This document shows positions 19,597-29,069 of a stretch of 64,000 nucleotides of DNA, in pieces. The translations under genes and the position numbers were made by a program. Source of the DNA: Anaerohalosphaeraceae bacterium (GTDB lineage: Bacteria; Planctomycetota; Phycisphaerae; Sedimentisphaerales; Anaerohalosphaeraceae); contig CAXXSL010000011.1 of assembly GCA_963675525.2 (NCBI GenBank), positions 64,001-128,000 on the forward strand, given 5' to 3'. Below the pieces are notes generated by a model. That model was not told the origin of the DNA. It saw only the letters and a list, made by a program, of their open reading frames with translations, and did not search any database. Every line of letters begins with the position of its first letter. Within the stretch, counting starts at the first letter, position 1.

Positions 19597-20838
19597 CTAA
19601 ATCACGTTCTCATAAAGAACAATACCATCGACAACTTTACAGGTGTGAACCGCGTACTTGTCGGCAAAATCGGGACGGCTTCTCGGATACGCCGTATCAA
19701 CGGCTGCTTTAGCGGCATCGGCCGCTTCAGCCAGCACCAGACAGCCCGCTGCGCCTTTATCGCCGCCACCCAGCATCCGCTCGCCCAGCACACCCGGAAC
19801 CGTACGAACAATGTCACACATGCTTTCCAGTTCAGGCCCGGAGATGACATATTCATCACGCAGGCCAATTCCATCCTGCCGGAAGATAGTACCAACCGTT
19901 TCAATGTCGCCGGCCTTCCACGCCGCCATCATCTCATAGAAACGTTTCTGGGCCTTATAGATATACGTCATGCGGCTGACCAGATGCGGAACATCTTTTT
20001 CGAAATGCGCCTTGATCTTTTTGTACAAAGCTTCATCCTTAATATCAGCAAGACAGGAGATACCGAACCCGGCATCTTTGGCCTTGGCGGCCATTTCCTC
20101 ACACTCGCTGCGGCGGACTTTATAAGTGGACTTCTCCAGTCCGGGACGAACCGTGCCGGTATCCATGACAACAATACGAAAATCCCTGGCACCCGCTCCC
20201 AGCGGAACATAGCTGATCGAACGATCCGCAGGTATATAATGCGTGCCTTTGCCTTCTTTGGCAAACATGATCATGATCTGATCCAGCTTTCCGCACGGCG
20301 AGCCGATATAATCGTTTTCGACCATCTGAGCCAGATCAACAACCTTCATGGCATCCTCTTCGACGATACCACTGGCATCCAGCATGGAGATGATCAGGTT
20401 CAGCGACAGCGAAGCACTCCGGCTCATGCCGCCGCCGGGAATATTGCCGTAAAGCACCGCATCAATCCCCTGCGTCAGTTGATAGCCCTCGCGTTTAAGC
20501 ACATAATCGACGCCATACGGAAACCGTGCCCATGTGTCATACACTTCCGCTGACTGCGGATCGGGCGTTTTTCCGATCTCAAACTCGACCACGCCATCAT
20601 CCGGGAAGTTGCCGCTGAAAAAACGCATGGTCTTCGTGCCGTTGGGCTTATACGCCATCCAGATAAACCGATCCGTTCCGACACCGAACAACTCCGTGCC
20701 GTTATAGTCACCGTGCTCAACGCCCAGACAGAACCGCGAGGAACTCCGGCGAACCTTCGCCCCGGCGATATCGATGCCCTTGTCAGCGGCAAGCCGTTTC
20801 AAATACTCAAATGCCTGTTGATCATTCGTTACATTCAC
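19597..20838 (-). CDS. Galactokinase-family (GHMP) sugar kinase, divergent
   Basis: RFCLGVEHGDYNG, PGGGMSRSAS, CGKLDQ, GERMLGGG are variants of GalK motifs. Confidence 0.8.
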   Translation of the reverse strand: MNVTNDQQAFEYLKRLAADKGIDIAGAKVRRSSSRFCLGVEHGDYNGTELFGVGTDRFIWMAYKPNGTKTMRFFSGNFPDDGVVEFEIGKTPDPQSAEVYDTWARFPYGVDYVLKREGYQLTQGIDAVLYGNIPGGGMSRSASLSLNLIISMLDASGIVEEDAMKVVDLAQMVENDYIGSPCGKLDQIMIMFAKEGKGTHYIPADRSISYVPLGAGARDFRIVVMDTGTVRPGLEKSTYKVRRSECEEMAAKAKDAGFGISCLADIKDEALYKKIKAHFEKDVPHLVSRMTYIYKAQKRFYEMMAAWKAGDIETVGTIFRQDGIGLRDEYVISGPELESMCDIVRTVPGVLGERMLGGGDKGAAGCLVLAEAADAAKAAVDTAYPRSRPDFADKYAVHTCKVVDGIVLYENVI

Positions 20839-20862
20839 TTCAAAGATCTCCTGTAAGTGCTG

Positions 20863-22932
20863 TTATTTAATAAGTCCCCATGGGCTGAAGAGGAAGTAAA
20901 GAAGCAATGTTGCGACAACGACCAGAATACCCGCAACCATAGCGCCCTTTGAGGTATGAAGTTCAATCGTTGTATTCAATTTAAACTCGACCGGTTGCGC
21001 CAGTGGTTTAATCATAGTGATGAGAAGCATGACCAGAAGGCAGGCACCGAACGTGATAGCCATTCTGTTCAGGAAGTTCCCGATCAGCGTACTCATCATC
21101 GGATTGGCCATCAAATCGGTATTCAGCGAAACAAGCTTCAATGCTCCATAGACAGCCATATTCGTCAACAAGCCGAGCACGCCAGCCATGGGAGGAGCCT
21201 TATGCACTAATAAACCAAAGACAAACACCGCCAGAATACCCGGAGAAATGAACCCCTGGCCTTCTTGAATGATCGTAAAAATACTGTTACTGATTTTAGG
21301 GTCCCCAAGTTTGGGAGCCAGCAGAACCGCAACCACAGTGAAGACCACCACGCAGATACGTCCCAGTGAAACGATCGACTTTTGTGATGCCTGCGGACTA
21401 AGGTATTTCTTGAAGATGTCCATCGTAAAGATCGTCGACGCGGCATTCAACATCGCCGCCAGTGAACTGACAACAGCACCCAAAAGTGCCGCAAGCACAA
21501 AACCCGTGATCCCAACACCCTGCGGAAGAACGTTACCAAGCAGTTGAGCCAATGCGGTATCGTACTTATAAGCGATAAACTTTTCTGTCGATGTTTCCGC
21601 TCCGGCGGCCTTGGCCGCTGCTTCAGTTGCCGCATTATAAACTTCTAACTCCACAGCAAGCTGTGGAAACGTGCTTTTCCAGGCTTTATCTTCAGATATA
21701 AAGACCGGGTAACCGGAAACCGACAATGCGTTGTATTTTTCCTGAGTGATCGGAAGCACAAACGGATTGCGCCCTTTAACGGCTTTCATGACATCATCAT
21801 CGGCATAAACTGCGATCATAAATTTACCTGAGGGCCACGCCGTAATCGCCTCTTCCTCCGGAGACTGAACAACTTCAACTAACTCAGTGGCAGGGTTTGC
21901 CATCGCATACTTGCTGATGATAGGTGCATTATCAGACACTGCATCTGTCTGCATATTGCCAAAATACAGGTTAAAGGCAATGATGCCAGGAACAACGATC
22001 ACAAACGGAATCAAAAGTTTCATAAATGCCGAAAAGACAATACCCTTCTGTCCTTCAGCCAGCGATGCTGATCCTAACGTACGCTGTGTGATATATTGGT
22101 TCAAACCCCAGTAATAGAAGTTTGGAATCCACAACCCTAACAGCAAAGCGGTCCAGGGCAAAATGGAATCGGTTTTCGGCAGGAACATATTCATCCGAAT
22201 CTTATTCAATTCCCAGAACCTCTCAACAGAACCGGTTCCTTCTTCCAAGGTCATGCGTACAACTTCACCCGTTTTGATATCGACAACGTGGGCAGCTTCC
22301 GTCGCGTTCCCCAGCTTATCAAAAGCAAAGAACATGATAACGGCACCACCAATGATCAGGGCACTTCCCTGAATCAAATCGGCCCAGGCACAGGCTTTCA
22401 ACCCACCGGCAAACACATAAGCACCGGCGATTGCCCCAATGGCCAATGCGCCCCATTTCAAACCGATGCTGTACCCCATCTGGCCGGCCAATGAACTGAT
22501 CGTCAACGCGCCGGAATATGTTACTGCGCCCAGCAAGAGCATGTAAATACCCAGTGTTGCCAAAGCCATGATCAGGCGTGCCCACTGATTGTAACGATAC
22601 TCCAGGAATTCAGGCATGGTATAGATACCCGCCTTAAGAAAATACGGCAAGAAGCAAAATGCGACTACTACCAGCGTTATCGCCGCCATCCATTCATAAC
22701 TGGCAATTGCAAGGCCAACATGACTGGCCGCATTGCCGCTCATTCCCACAAATTGTTCCGTTGAAATGTTTGCGGCGATCAACGAGAAGCCGATCAGCCA
22801 CCACTTCAACCCGCGCCCTGCAAGAAAGTAGTCTTCGCCTGATTTCTCATGCCTGCTTTTCAGCATACCCAAACTGATAACGCTGACGACAAAGATAACA
22901 AACACGATCATGTCCCATATCCCAAATACCAT
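20863..22932 (-). CDS. Sodium:solute symporter (SSS), sugar-type, with a large insertion
   Basis: DYFLAGRGL, AANISTEQFVGMSG, YYWGLNQYITQR, SSLAAMLN. Confidence 0.92.
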   Translation of the reverse strand: MVFGIWDMIVFVIFVVSVISLGMLKSRHEKSGEDYFLAGRGLKWWLIGFSLIAANISTEQFVGMSGNAASHVGLAIASYEWMAAITLVVVAFCFLPYFLKAGIYTMPEFLEYRYNQWARLIMALATLGIYMLLLGAVTYSGALTISSLAGQMGYSIGLKWGALAIGAIAGAYVFAGGLKACAWADLIQGSALIIGGAVIMFFAFDKLGNATEAAHVVDIKTGEVVRMTLEEGTGSVERFWELNKIRMNMFLPKTDSILPWTALLLGLWIPNFYYWGLNQYITQRTLGSASLAEGQKGIVFSAFMKLLIPFVIVVPGIIAFNLYFGNMQTDAVSDNAPIISKYAMANPATELVEVVQSPEEEAITAWPSGKFMIAVYADDDVMKAVKGRNPFVLPITQEKYNALSVSGYPVFISEDKAWKSTFPQLAVELEVYNAATEAAAKAAGAETSTEKFIAYKYDTALAQLLGNVLPQGVGITGFVLAALLGAVVSSLAAMLNAASTIFTMDIFKKYLSPQASQKSIVSLGRICVVVFTVVAVLLAPKLGDPKISNSIFTIIQEGQGFISPGILAVFVFGLLVHKAPPMAGVLGLLTNMAVYGALKLVSLNTDLMANPMMSTLIGNFLNRMAITFGACLLVMLLITMIKPLAQPVEFKLNTTIELHTSKGAMVAGILVVVATLLLYFLFSPWGLIK

Positions 22933-23104
22933 ACCGTCTACTCCTTAAAATTAAGTGTTCCTCAACTTATTTTTTGATTCTATCAAAAAAAATAATTGTT
23001 TTGTGAATTATCCCTATTTCATGCTTTTTATCAACAAAATTATTACAATGGGCCCTCTTAAACGGGCTCGATTCGTCTTGTTTTTTAAGTTTAGCCAACC
23101 TTGG

Positions 23105-24268
23105 TCATCCACGCGAAAACCGCTTGGACAGGCACACCACAAAAAGTGCCATCAGGCACGCTCCGCTGAGGGATTCGAACATTGTCACCACACGCGTCAA
23201 CCAATCACTGCCCGCCGGATAAATATCGCCCAATCCGAGCGTCGTAAACGTAATTGTGCTGAAATAGAGACCGTCAAATAGCCCCAGTTCACGTTGAGCA
23301 TCCGGACGATAGGTCAAATGGGCCAAATCGGAACAGTAAAAAAGACCGCACAGAAAAATGATCACCACACCAGCCGCTAAAACCCGTACAGGTCTTTCGC
23401 CATAGCCGAACAAAAACCTACCCAGAATCAATTCCGGCAGCAAACGTACGCCCAAAATCCAGCGCTGCAGTTTCTTCGCAGTCGAAAGTTTTTCATAAAA
23501 GGAACCGCGAAACTTCTGCCAGAAATGCGCGCACTGTTCATAGTAAAAACATTCGCCCGCCTGCTGGTAATATCCCGCCTCCTGACAAGCCTGTTTGATA
23601 AAACGCCAGAAACTTTCATCGTCTCCGTAATTTTTGCGCGTAAACGAAACTCCCTCGTACACCGGAACTGCTTTACTGCGCGAATGAACGGCCGCAAAAT
23701 CGCAGCGGTTCCGGAATTGGGCTCCCGTGAAATTCGAGCCTTTACCGAAACTCGAATTGGCGAAACGCGTATCGCCGCAAAACTGCGCCTCATTAAAAAG
23801 TCCATATCCTTCAAAAGTGGCCGTTCGCAACATCATCCGTTCATGAAAAACCGCATTGCGAAAACTGCAGACCCGACAGAATGTACAGCCGTCGAACCCG
23901 GCCAAACCTTTAAACTCGGCATTGCTGAAGCGGGTTTGACCGGCAAAAACAGAAGAATTGAACAGTACATCTTTTTCAAAAATAACCTTCAGGGCTTCCG
24001 GCTGCTCCCAGGGACCGGCGAATATAACATCGTTCTCAAACGTGCAGGAATTGAAAAACAACGATTGGGATAAAACCACGATATTCGTATCACCCTCTTT
24101 CAGTGTTTTAAGATGGTCAACCCGGTCAGAGGATCGCTCTGAAAAAAATGTATTCAAATCAAACGTGCCGCCGATCCGGCATCGAACCAAACGAATATCC
24201 TCACCTGCGCCAATCGCCTCAAGTAGTTCACCGGCGGTTAGTGTGGTGTTTTCTCGTTCAAATCCCAC
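23105..24268 (-). CDS. Pentapeptide-repeat protein with a C-terminal two-TM ion-channel pore domain
   Basis: Phe every fifth residue (TRFSNAEFKGLAGFDGCTF...), then GYGERP and YFSTITFTTLGLGD. Confidence 0.75.
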   Translation of the reverse strand: MGFERENTTLTAGELLEAIGAGEDIRLVRCRIGGTFDLNTFFSERSSDRVDHLKTLKEGDTNIVVLSQSLFFNSCTFENDVIFAGPWEQPEALKVIFEKDVLFNSSVFAGQTRFSNAEFKGLAGFDGCTFCRVCSFRNAVFHERMMLRTATFEGYGLFNEAQFCGDTRFANSSFGKGSNFTGAQFRNRCDFAAVHSRSKAVPVYEGVSFTRKNYGDDESFWRFIKQACQEAGYYQQAGECFYYEQCAHFWQKFRGSFYEKLSTAKKLQRWILGVRLLPELILGRFLFGYGERPVRVLAAGVVIIFLCGLFYCSDLAHLTYRPDAQRELGLFDGLYFSTITFTTLGLGDIYPAGSDWLTRVVTMFESLSGACLMALFVVCLSKRFSRG

Positions 24269-24288
24269 CGCATTCCTTTCCGTGGAGA

Positions 24289-25254
24289 TTAATCCGGTTG
24301 TGCCTGCAAAACGGTTAAAATTTCCTCTTTTTTCGGAAGGGCATCCTGCAGCCCAAACCGGCTGCGCTGCAGATATTCGGCAGCAACCGCAAACCGAACC
24401 GCACGGTCCGGATCATCCCCCGTGCCCAGGCAGGCCGTCAAGGCCCCCGTAAACGCCGAATCACAACCTGTCTGATCCACCACTTCCCCGGCAATTCCCG
24501 GGATATGACGAGGACCCTGTCGATCAATGACTAGTGCCCCGCTCCAGCCAAGGCTGATGATGACACATTGGGCACCTTTGGCGATCAATTCCGTACCGAT
24601 AAATTTCAGATCCCCTTCTCCGCCTGAACCGAGTTCCGAAGCGCACATCAATCCTTTAAAGCGAAGAATGATGAAATCAGCATTGTAAAATTCCATGGGC
24701 CAGTCCAGCAAATGCACCGCCTCCCGTTCAGCCTTGGGGAGTTTGGCTTTCAATATCACACGTGATTTATGAATTTGAGCCGTACGGATCGCCGCAACCG
24801 CCGCCTCAACAGGAATCGCGTCATCCACCAGAACAGCGTTGGCTGAACCGATCAATTGCTCCGCTGCGGCGTATTCGATCTCGTCCCGACCCAGAACACG
24901 ATTGGCACCGGCGGAACGACAACTGCTATTATCGCCCCGTCCATCTACAACCGTCATAATAACTCCCGTACTCATCGCATTCGTGGGATAAATCAGGTCC
25001 GTATAGATTTGGTGACGCCGTAAATTCTGGCGAATCATGTCCCCGAGACAATCCTGACCGACACGAGCCAGTAAATAAGTTTCACATCCGCATAAAGCGA
25101 TCTGGATCGCTTCGTTAACCCCTGCACCCGTCGGCACACACGTAAAACTCGACCCCTCGGTAACCTTTCCGGAAGAAGGATGTTCGTCGCATTTCATCGC
25201 CATATCCACATAAGCCGATCCGACGACAATGATCTTGGGAATCCGTTCTAACAT
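24289..25254 (-). CDS. PfkB/ribokinase-family protein with degenerate catalytic motif
   Basis: IIVVGSAYVD, ribokinase-like layout, VDQTGCDSAF in place of DTTGAGDxF; ATG 25254 after GGAG. Confidence 0.75.
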   Translation of the reverse strand: MLERIPKIIVVGSAYVDMAMKCDEHPSSGKVTEGSSFTCVPTGAGVNEAIQIALCGCETYLLARVGQDCLGDMIRQNLRRHQIYTDLIYPTNAMSTGVIMTVVDGRGDNSSCRSAGANRVLGRDEIEYAAAEQLIGSANAVLVDDAIPVEAAVAAIRTAQIHKSRVILKAKLPKAEREAVHLLDWPMEFYNADFIILRFKGLMCASELGSGGEGDLKFIGTELIAKGAQCVIISLGWSGALVIDRQGPRHIPGIAGEVVDQTGCDSAFTGALTACLGTGDDPDRAVRFAVAAEYLQRSRFGLQDALPKKEEILTVLQAQPD

Positions 25255-25457
25255 ATCCGCTCCATTTATAATCCATAAAGAATGTTCAATAATATACCTA
25301 ATAATTAGCACCCTGAAAAGGGTTTTTCTCTATTTCAAGACATTTAATTCAATTCGAATAGTAAGCATAACATTTGAGATTTCACACTATTTTTGTCGAT
25401 TTATCCGTATTTCTCCATTATATTGAACGTGTGTAATATTTAAGACAGGAAGACAAC

Positions 25458-27260
25458 GTGAAACATTATCAGGTCCATTTTCAACCCGATGACATAAAAG
25501 TTATGATCCATCATGGCGCAACGCTCCTGGAGGCCGCCGGATTAGTGGGGATCATTCTGACGACGCCTTGCGGCGGCGTGGGACGTTGCGGTAAATGCTG
25601 CGTCCAATTATTGCCCTCCAAAAAGGATGTATTGGCCTGCCAATTCCGCATTGAACACGACCTTGAAGTGTACATCCCGGATTCGAGCCGTTTTTTCAAA
25701 CAAAAGATACTCGAACATGCCATCAGCCGAGAAGTTGATTCGGACCCCGTGATTCAAAAGATCTTTATTGCCCAATCTCCCTCCGGAATCCAACAGTTAT
25801 GCCAACAGATTTTCGGCATCATTCAAGCCCCCTGTATCATCGATACGGTACACTCTGACGGCATACAGGAAAAACTCGCCGTCAACACGGAAAACGGCGT
25901 AACCGCTCTGATTGCCTGTCGACAAGACGCCAACGCAATTCAATGGTCTGTCATGGATATTGAAGAAGGCGATACAACGGACACTCTATTCGGCATCGCA
26001 GTCGATATCGGCACAACAACCGTCGTCGCCCGCCTGATCGAACTGCAAAAAGCCCGAATTGTCGCAACGGTTTCTGCCGGCAATCCCCAGGCACAATATG
26101 GCGCAGATGTCATCAGCCGAATCGCACACGCCGAGACAGAACTGGGGCTTGATACACTGAACAAATCGATCATTTCATGCCTGAACAGCCTCATCGAAAA
26201 GGTATGCCGAAAAGTGGATATCCAGCCAAATGACATCTACGAATTGACGGTTGCCGGGAATACAACCATGAATCACCTCCTCTTAAAATACCCCCTCCGT
26301 CAACTGGGGCAAGCCCCCTACAAGGCCTATTCACTTGAGGCATCCGACCAGAACCCCGGCAACATCGGCGTGCAAATCAATCCGGCCGGAAATATACACA
26401 TCCTGCCGAATCTTTCTGGATTTGTCGGGGCCGATACGATCGCGGCCACACTGGCCTGCGGGATGGACGCGACCGAGGCGGCAACACTCTTAGTTGATAT
26501 TGGAACAAACGGCGAAATTGTCTACGGCACAAAAGATACCCTGGTTGCCGCCAGTTGCGCCGCCGGTCCCGCATTGGAGGGCGCAGAAATTGAATTCGGA
26601 AGCCGAGCTCAAACAGGGGCCATCGAAAGAGTTGTCTTTGAGGAAAAAGACATTGATGTTGATGTGATCGATCAAGCCGAAGCGGTTACTATCTGCGGCA
26701 GCGGGCTCATTGATGCGGTTGCGATCATGCTCGATTTAGGGATTATTGAGCCGACAGGACGTTTTACAGACCCCCTTGAACATGACCCGATGATGTCGGC
26801 AAAGATCAAAAGACGCCTTACCACCTATGAAAATGCCCCGGCGTTTGTTTTGTCAGGTAAATACAACAACGGCACTTGGGACCATGCCGTCATGATGACC
26901 CAAAAAGATGTCCGCCAGATTCAACTTGCCAAGGCGGCGATTCGGGCAGGAATTTCACTCTTGCTCAGAAAAACAGCCCATGATGAGTCTCAGATTCAGA
27001 AAATTCTGCTGGCCGGGGCCTTTGGCAATTATATCCAGAGAGAAAATGCCGTACGGATCGGACTGTTGCCGAATGTGCCTGTCGAGAAAATACATTTTGT
27101 TGGAAATGCGGCCGGAACAGGTGCCCAAATGGTACTCACCAGCCGATCTGCCCGAAATTTAGCCAAAAAACTGGCCCAAAAAATTGAATATCTCGAAATT
27201 GCCCATCAATCCGAATTTCAGATGGTTTTTAGCGAATGCCTCTTCTTCCCCGAAAAATAA
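25458..27260 (+). CDS. ASKHA ATPase with N-terminal [2Fe-2S] ferredoxin domain (RACo/DUF4445 corrinoid reductive activator family)
   Basis: CGGVGRCGKC...C, DIGTTT, DIGTNGE, AAGPALEG, ICGSG, LAGAFG, GNAAG. Confidence 0.88.
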   Translation: MKHYQVHFQPDDIKVMIHHGATLLEAAGLVGIILTTPCGGVGRCGKCCVQLLPSKKDVLACQFRIEHDLEVYIPDSSRFFKQKILEHAISREVDSDPVIQKIFIAQSPSGIQQLCQQIFGIIQAPCIIDTVHSDGIQEKLAVNTENGVTALIACRQDANAIQWSVMDIEEGDTTDTLFGIAVDIGTTTVVARLIELQKARIVATVSAGNPQAQYGADVISRIAHAETELGLDTLNKSIISCLNSLIEKVCRKVDIQPNDIYELTVAGNTTMNHLLLKYPLRQLGQAPYKAYSLEASDQNPGNIGVQINPAGNIHILPNLSGFVGADTIAATLACGMDATEAATLLVDIGTNGEIVYGTKDTLVAASCAAGPALEGAEIEFGSRAQTGAIERVVFEEKDIDVDVIDQAEAVTICGSGLIDAVAIMLDLGIIEPTGRFTDPLEHDPMMSAKIKRRLTTYENAPAFVLSGKYNNGTWDHAVMMTQKDVRQIQLAKAAIRAGISLLLRKTAHDESQIQKILLAGAFGNYIQRENAVRIGLLPNVPVEKIHFVGNAAGTGAQMVLTSRSARNLAKKLAQKIEYLEIAHQSEFQMVFSECLFFPEK

Positions 27261-27383
27261 CGGAATGTAAAATGACCCCAAATACCGCCATTTTGCATTC
27301 CGCTTGAACACACCATATGAAAACATTGCAGATCAATTGCACACAATTCTCACGGGCAAATAATCTACAATAACAGTCTTTTT

Positions 27384-27464
27384 TTAGCCTATTTTATTGC
27401 GAACTTTCCAGCGTGCGCGTCTTTTCTTACTGCCGATTTTACGTCTGCGTCGTGGTTTAGCCAT
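27384..27464 (-). CDS. 26-aa highly basic small protein (not in ORF track); candidate small ribosomal or nucleic-acid-binding protein
   Basis: MAKPRRRRKIGSKKRRARWKVRNKIG*; AGGAG 6 nt before the ATG; own promoter at 27516-27543. Confidence 0.75.
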   Translation of the reverse strand: MAKPRRRRKIGSKKRRARWKVRNKIG

Positions 27465-27515
27465 TCATTTCTCCTGTATAAGGTTTCTTGCTTTTCAAAC
27501 TATAGGTAAACCGTT

Positions 27516-27543
27516 ATTATAGAAGATTATGAAAAGATTGCAA
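27516..27543 (-). promoter_or_regulatory. sigma70 promoter for the small basic protein
   Basis: Minus strand TTGCAA-N16-TATAAT. Confidence 0.6.
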
Positions 27544-27577
27544 GAAGTGGTATAAATTTTCTTTATAGGGGAAAATT

Positions 27578-27883
27578 ATGATACAATGTGCCGATTGCGA
27601 GTATTACGAACAGGATTCCGCGGGCCGGCGTATCTTCCGGTGTGACCCTTTCACGAATATCAAGGAGCCGGAATGCCTGATGAAGTGGCAAATGCTCAGG
27701 CTCGATCTGCTCGTTGCTCATTATCAAAAAATGCTTTCATGGCAGGAAAAAATGGGGCCCATGCAGGACAAGTTATTCAAATTCGTCAAGCGGGAGTTAG
27801 ACGATATTGATGAGGCAGAACAGTGGAAATTGCAGGATGATGACTTTGCGGAGGACCCGCCCCGGGAACCTCCAGTAATCTAA
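27578..27883 (+). CDS. Hypothetical protein with four Cys (putative metal-binding) and acidic tail
   Basis: MIQCADCEYY...RCDP...PECL; AGGGG RBS. Confidence 0.7.
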   Translation: MIQCADCEYYEQDSAGRRIFRCDPFTNIKEPECLMKWQMLRLDLLVAHYQKMLSWQEKMGPMQDKLFKFVKRELDDIDEAEQWKLQDDDFAEDPPREPPVI

Positions 27884-27973
27884 CGTATTTATAAAACAGG
27901 CGGTTAGACGCACATACTGTGTGATTTTTTTTGAATAAACAGCCTCATTTTTCTATGGAAACAAAACACATTA

Positions 27974-28000
27974 TGCAATAAAGAAATAAAAACTGACGTT
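27974..28000 (+). promoter_or_regulatory. Possible ECF-type promoter upstream of the ECF sigma gene
   Basis: TGCAAT-N17-CGTT, 22 bp before the start codon. Confidence 0.35.
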
Positions 28001-28022
28001 TTAATTATGAAATAACCGTGAA

Positions 28023-28556
28023 ATGACCGAGCCGCCGGAGCTTGAAAATCTTATCGAAAAGTGCAAAAAAGGCGACAAAGAAGCATTCAATGAGCTGATT
28101 GAACGGTATTCGAATCGCTGTTATGCTTATTTTTACAGATTGACCGGACAGGCTCATCTCAGCGATGAACTATTCAGCGATCTATCTATCCGATTGGTGA
28201 AAAAAATACATTCGTTCCAGAAAGGCTCGTTTGAAAAATGGCTTTTTACGGTTGCCTCGAACCTGTTTAAGGATTATCTAAGGCGGCAATACAGGCAAAA
28301 AAAGATTATCGAGCAAAAAGCCTTTCAGCTCCTGCAATCGAACGACGAAAAAAAGAATACAGGCGAGGTATTTGATAAACTGCAACTGGCGATTGAAAAA
28401 CTCGATCCGGATACGGCCGAGCTCGTTACGATGCGATATTATGGACAGTTAAGTTTTAAAGAACTCGCGGAAATACGAAATGAACCGATCGGTACCACCC
28501 TTTCAAAGGTCCATCGGGGTGTTAATAAACTACGCCGGATTATGGAGACGTTATGA
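28023..28556 (+). CDS. ECF RNA polymerase sigma factor
   Basis: GDKEAFNELIERY, FEKWLFTVASN, region 4 LSFKELAE...IGTTLSKVHRG. Confidence 0.92.
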   Translation: MTEPPELENLIEKCKKGDKEAFNELIERYSNRCYAYFYRLTGQAHLSDELFSDLSIRLVKKIHSFQKGSFEKWLFTVASNLFKDYLRRQYRQKKIIEQKAFQLLQSNDEKKNTGEVFDKLQLAIEKLDPDTAELVTMRYYGQLSFKELAEIRNEPIGTTLSKVHRGVNKLRRIMETL

Positions 28557-29065
28557 ACCATAAGAATGAAAATCTTGAGCAACTGCTGCGGCAATTTGTC
28601 AATGAGGCACAGGCCCGTGACATGGCCGATGATATCCGTCAGGCAGATACTCTTTTTGAAAAGTATCCCGCACCCTCTGCTGACAGGGAAACAATCGAAG
28701 CAATTCATCACAACGTCGGCCGTCAGCTTGAGCTGAATCGGCGACTTCATACAAAACTTCCGTATTTCAGTGCCGCCGCAGTCGCCGTCATCCTGCTGGC
28801 AGGGATGTTAATTCTGCGTTCCGATATAAAGCGAATGAATAACACCCATCCGCTTCAGGCCGTCGCTGCCAATGAGTTCTGGTCGGAATTGAACTCGTTT
28901 GAAACCTCTATGGCAGATATTGACAGTGAGATCAGCAACCTGTCTGAAACAATTAATACGATGGATTCCGGCACTTTTGAGCCGTTCAATCCGCTAAAGT
29001 TGAATATCACCGAGTTAGACGAAATCGAATCCATCACTAACAGTACGGAGTTCTGGAAGGGTTAA
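28553..29065 (+). CDS. Putative anti-sigma factor (single TM)
   Basis: ATGA overlap with the sigma gene; one central TM helix. Confidence 0.6.
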   Translation: MNHKNENLEQLLRQFVNEAQARDMADDIRQADTLFEKYPAPSADRETIEAIHHNVGRQLELNRRLHTKLPYFSAAAVAVILLAGMLILRSDIKRMNNTHPLQAVAANEFWSELNSFETSMADIDSEISNLSETINTMDSGTFEPFNPLKLNITELDEIESITNSTEFWKG

Positions 29066-29069
29066 ATAA

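Noticed and set aside
19372..20553. 393-aa plus-strand ORF
   Set aside because: Antisense shadow of the galactokinase-like gene; no recognisable motifs
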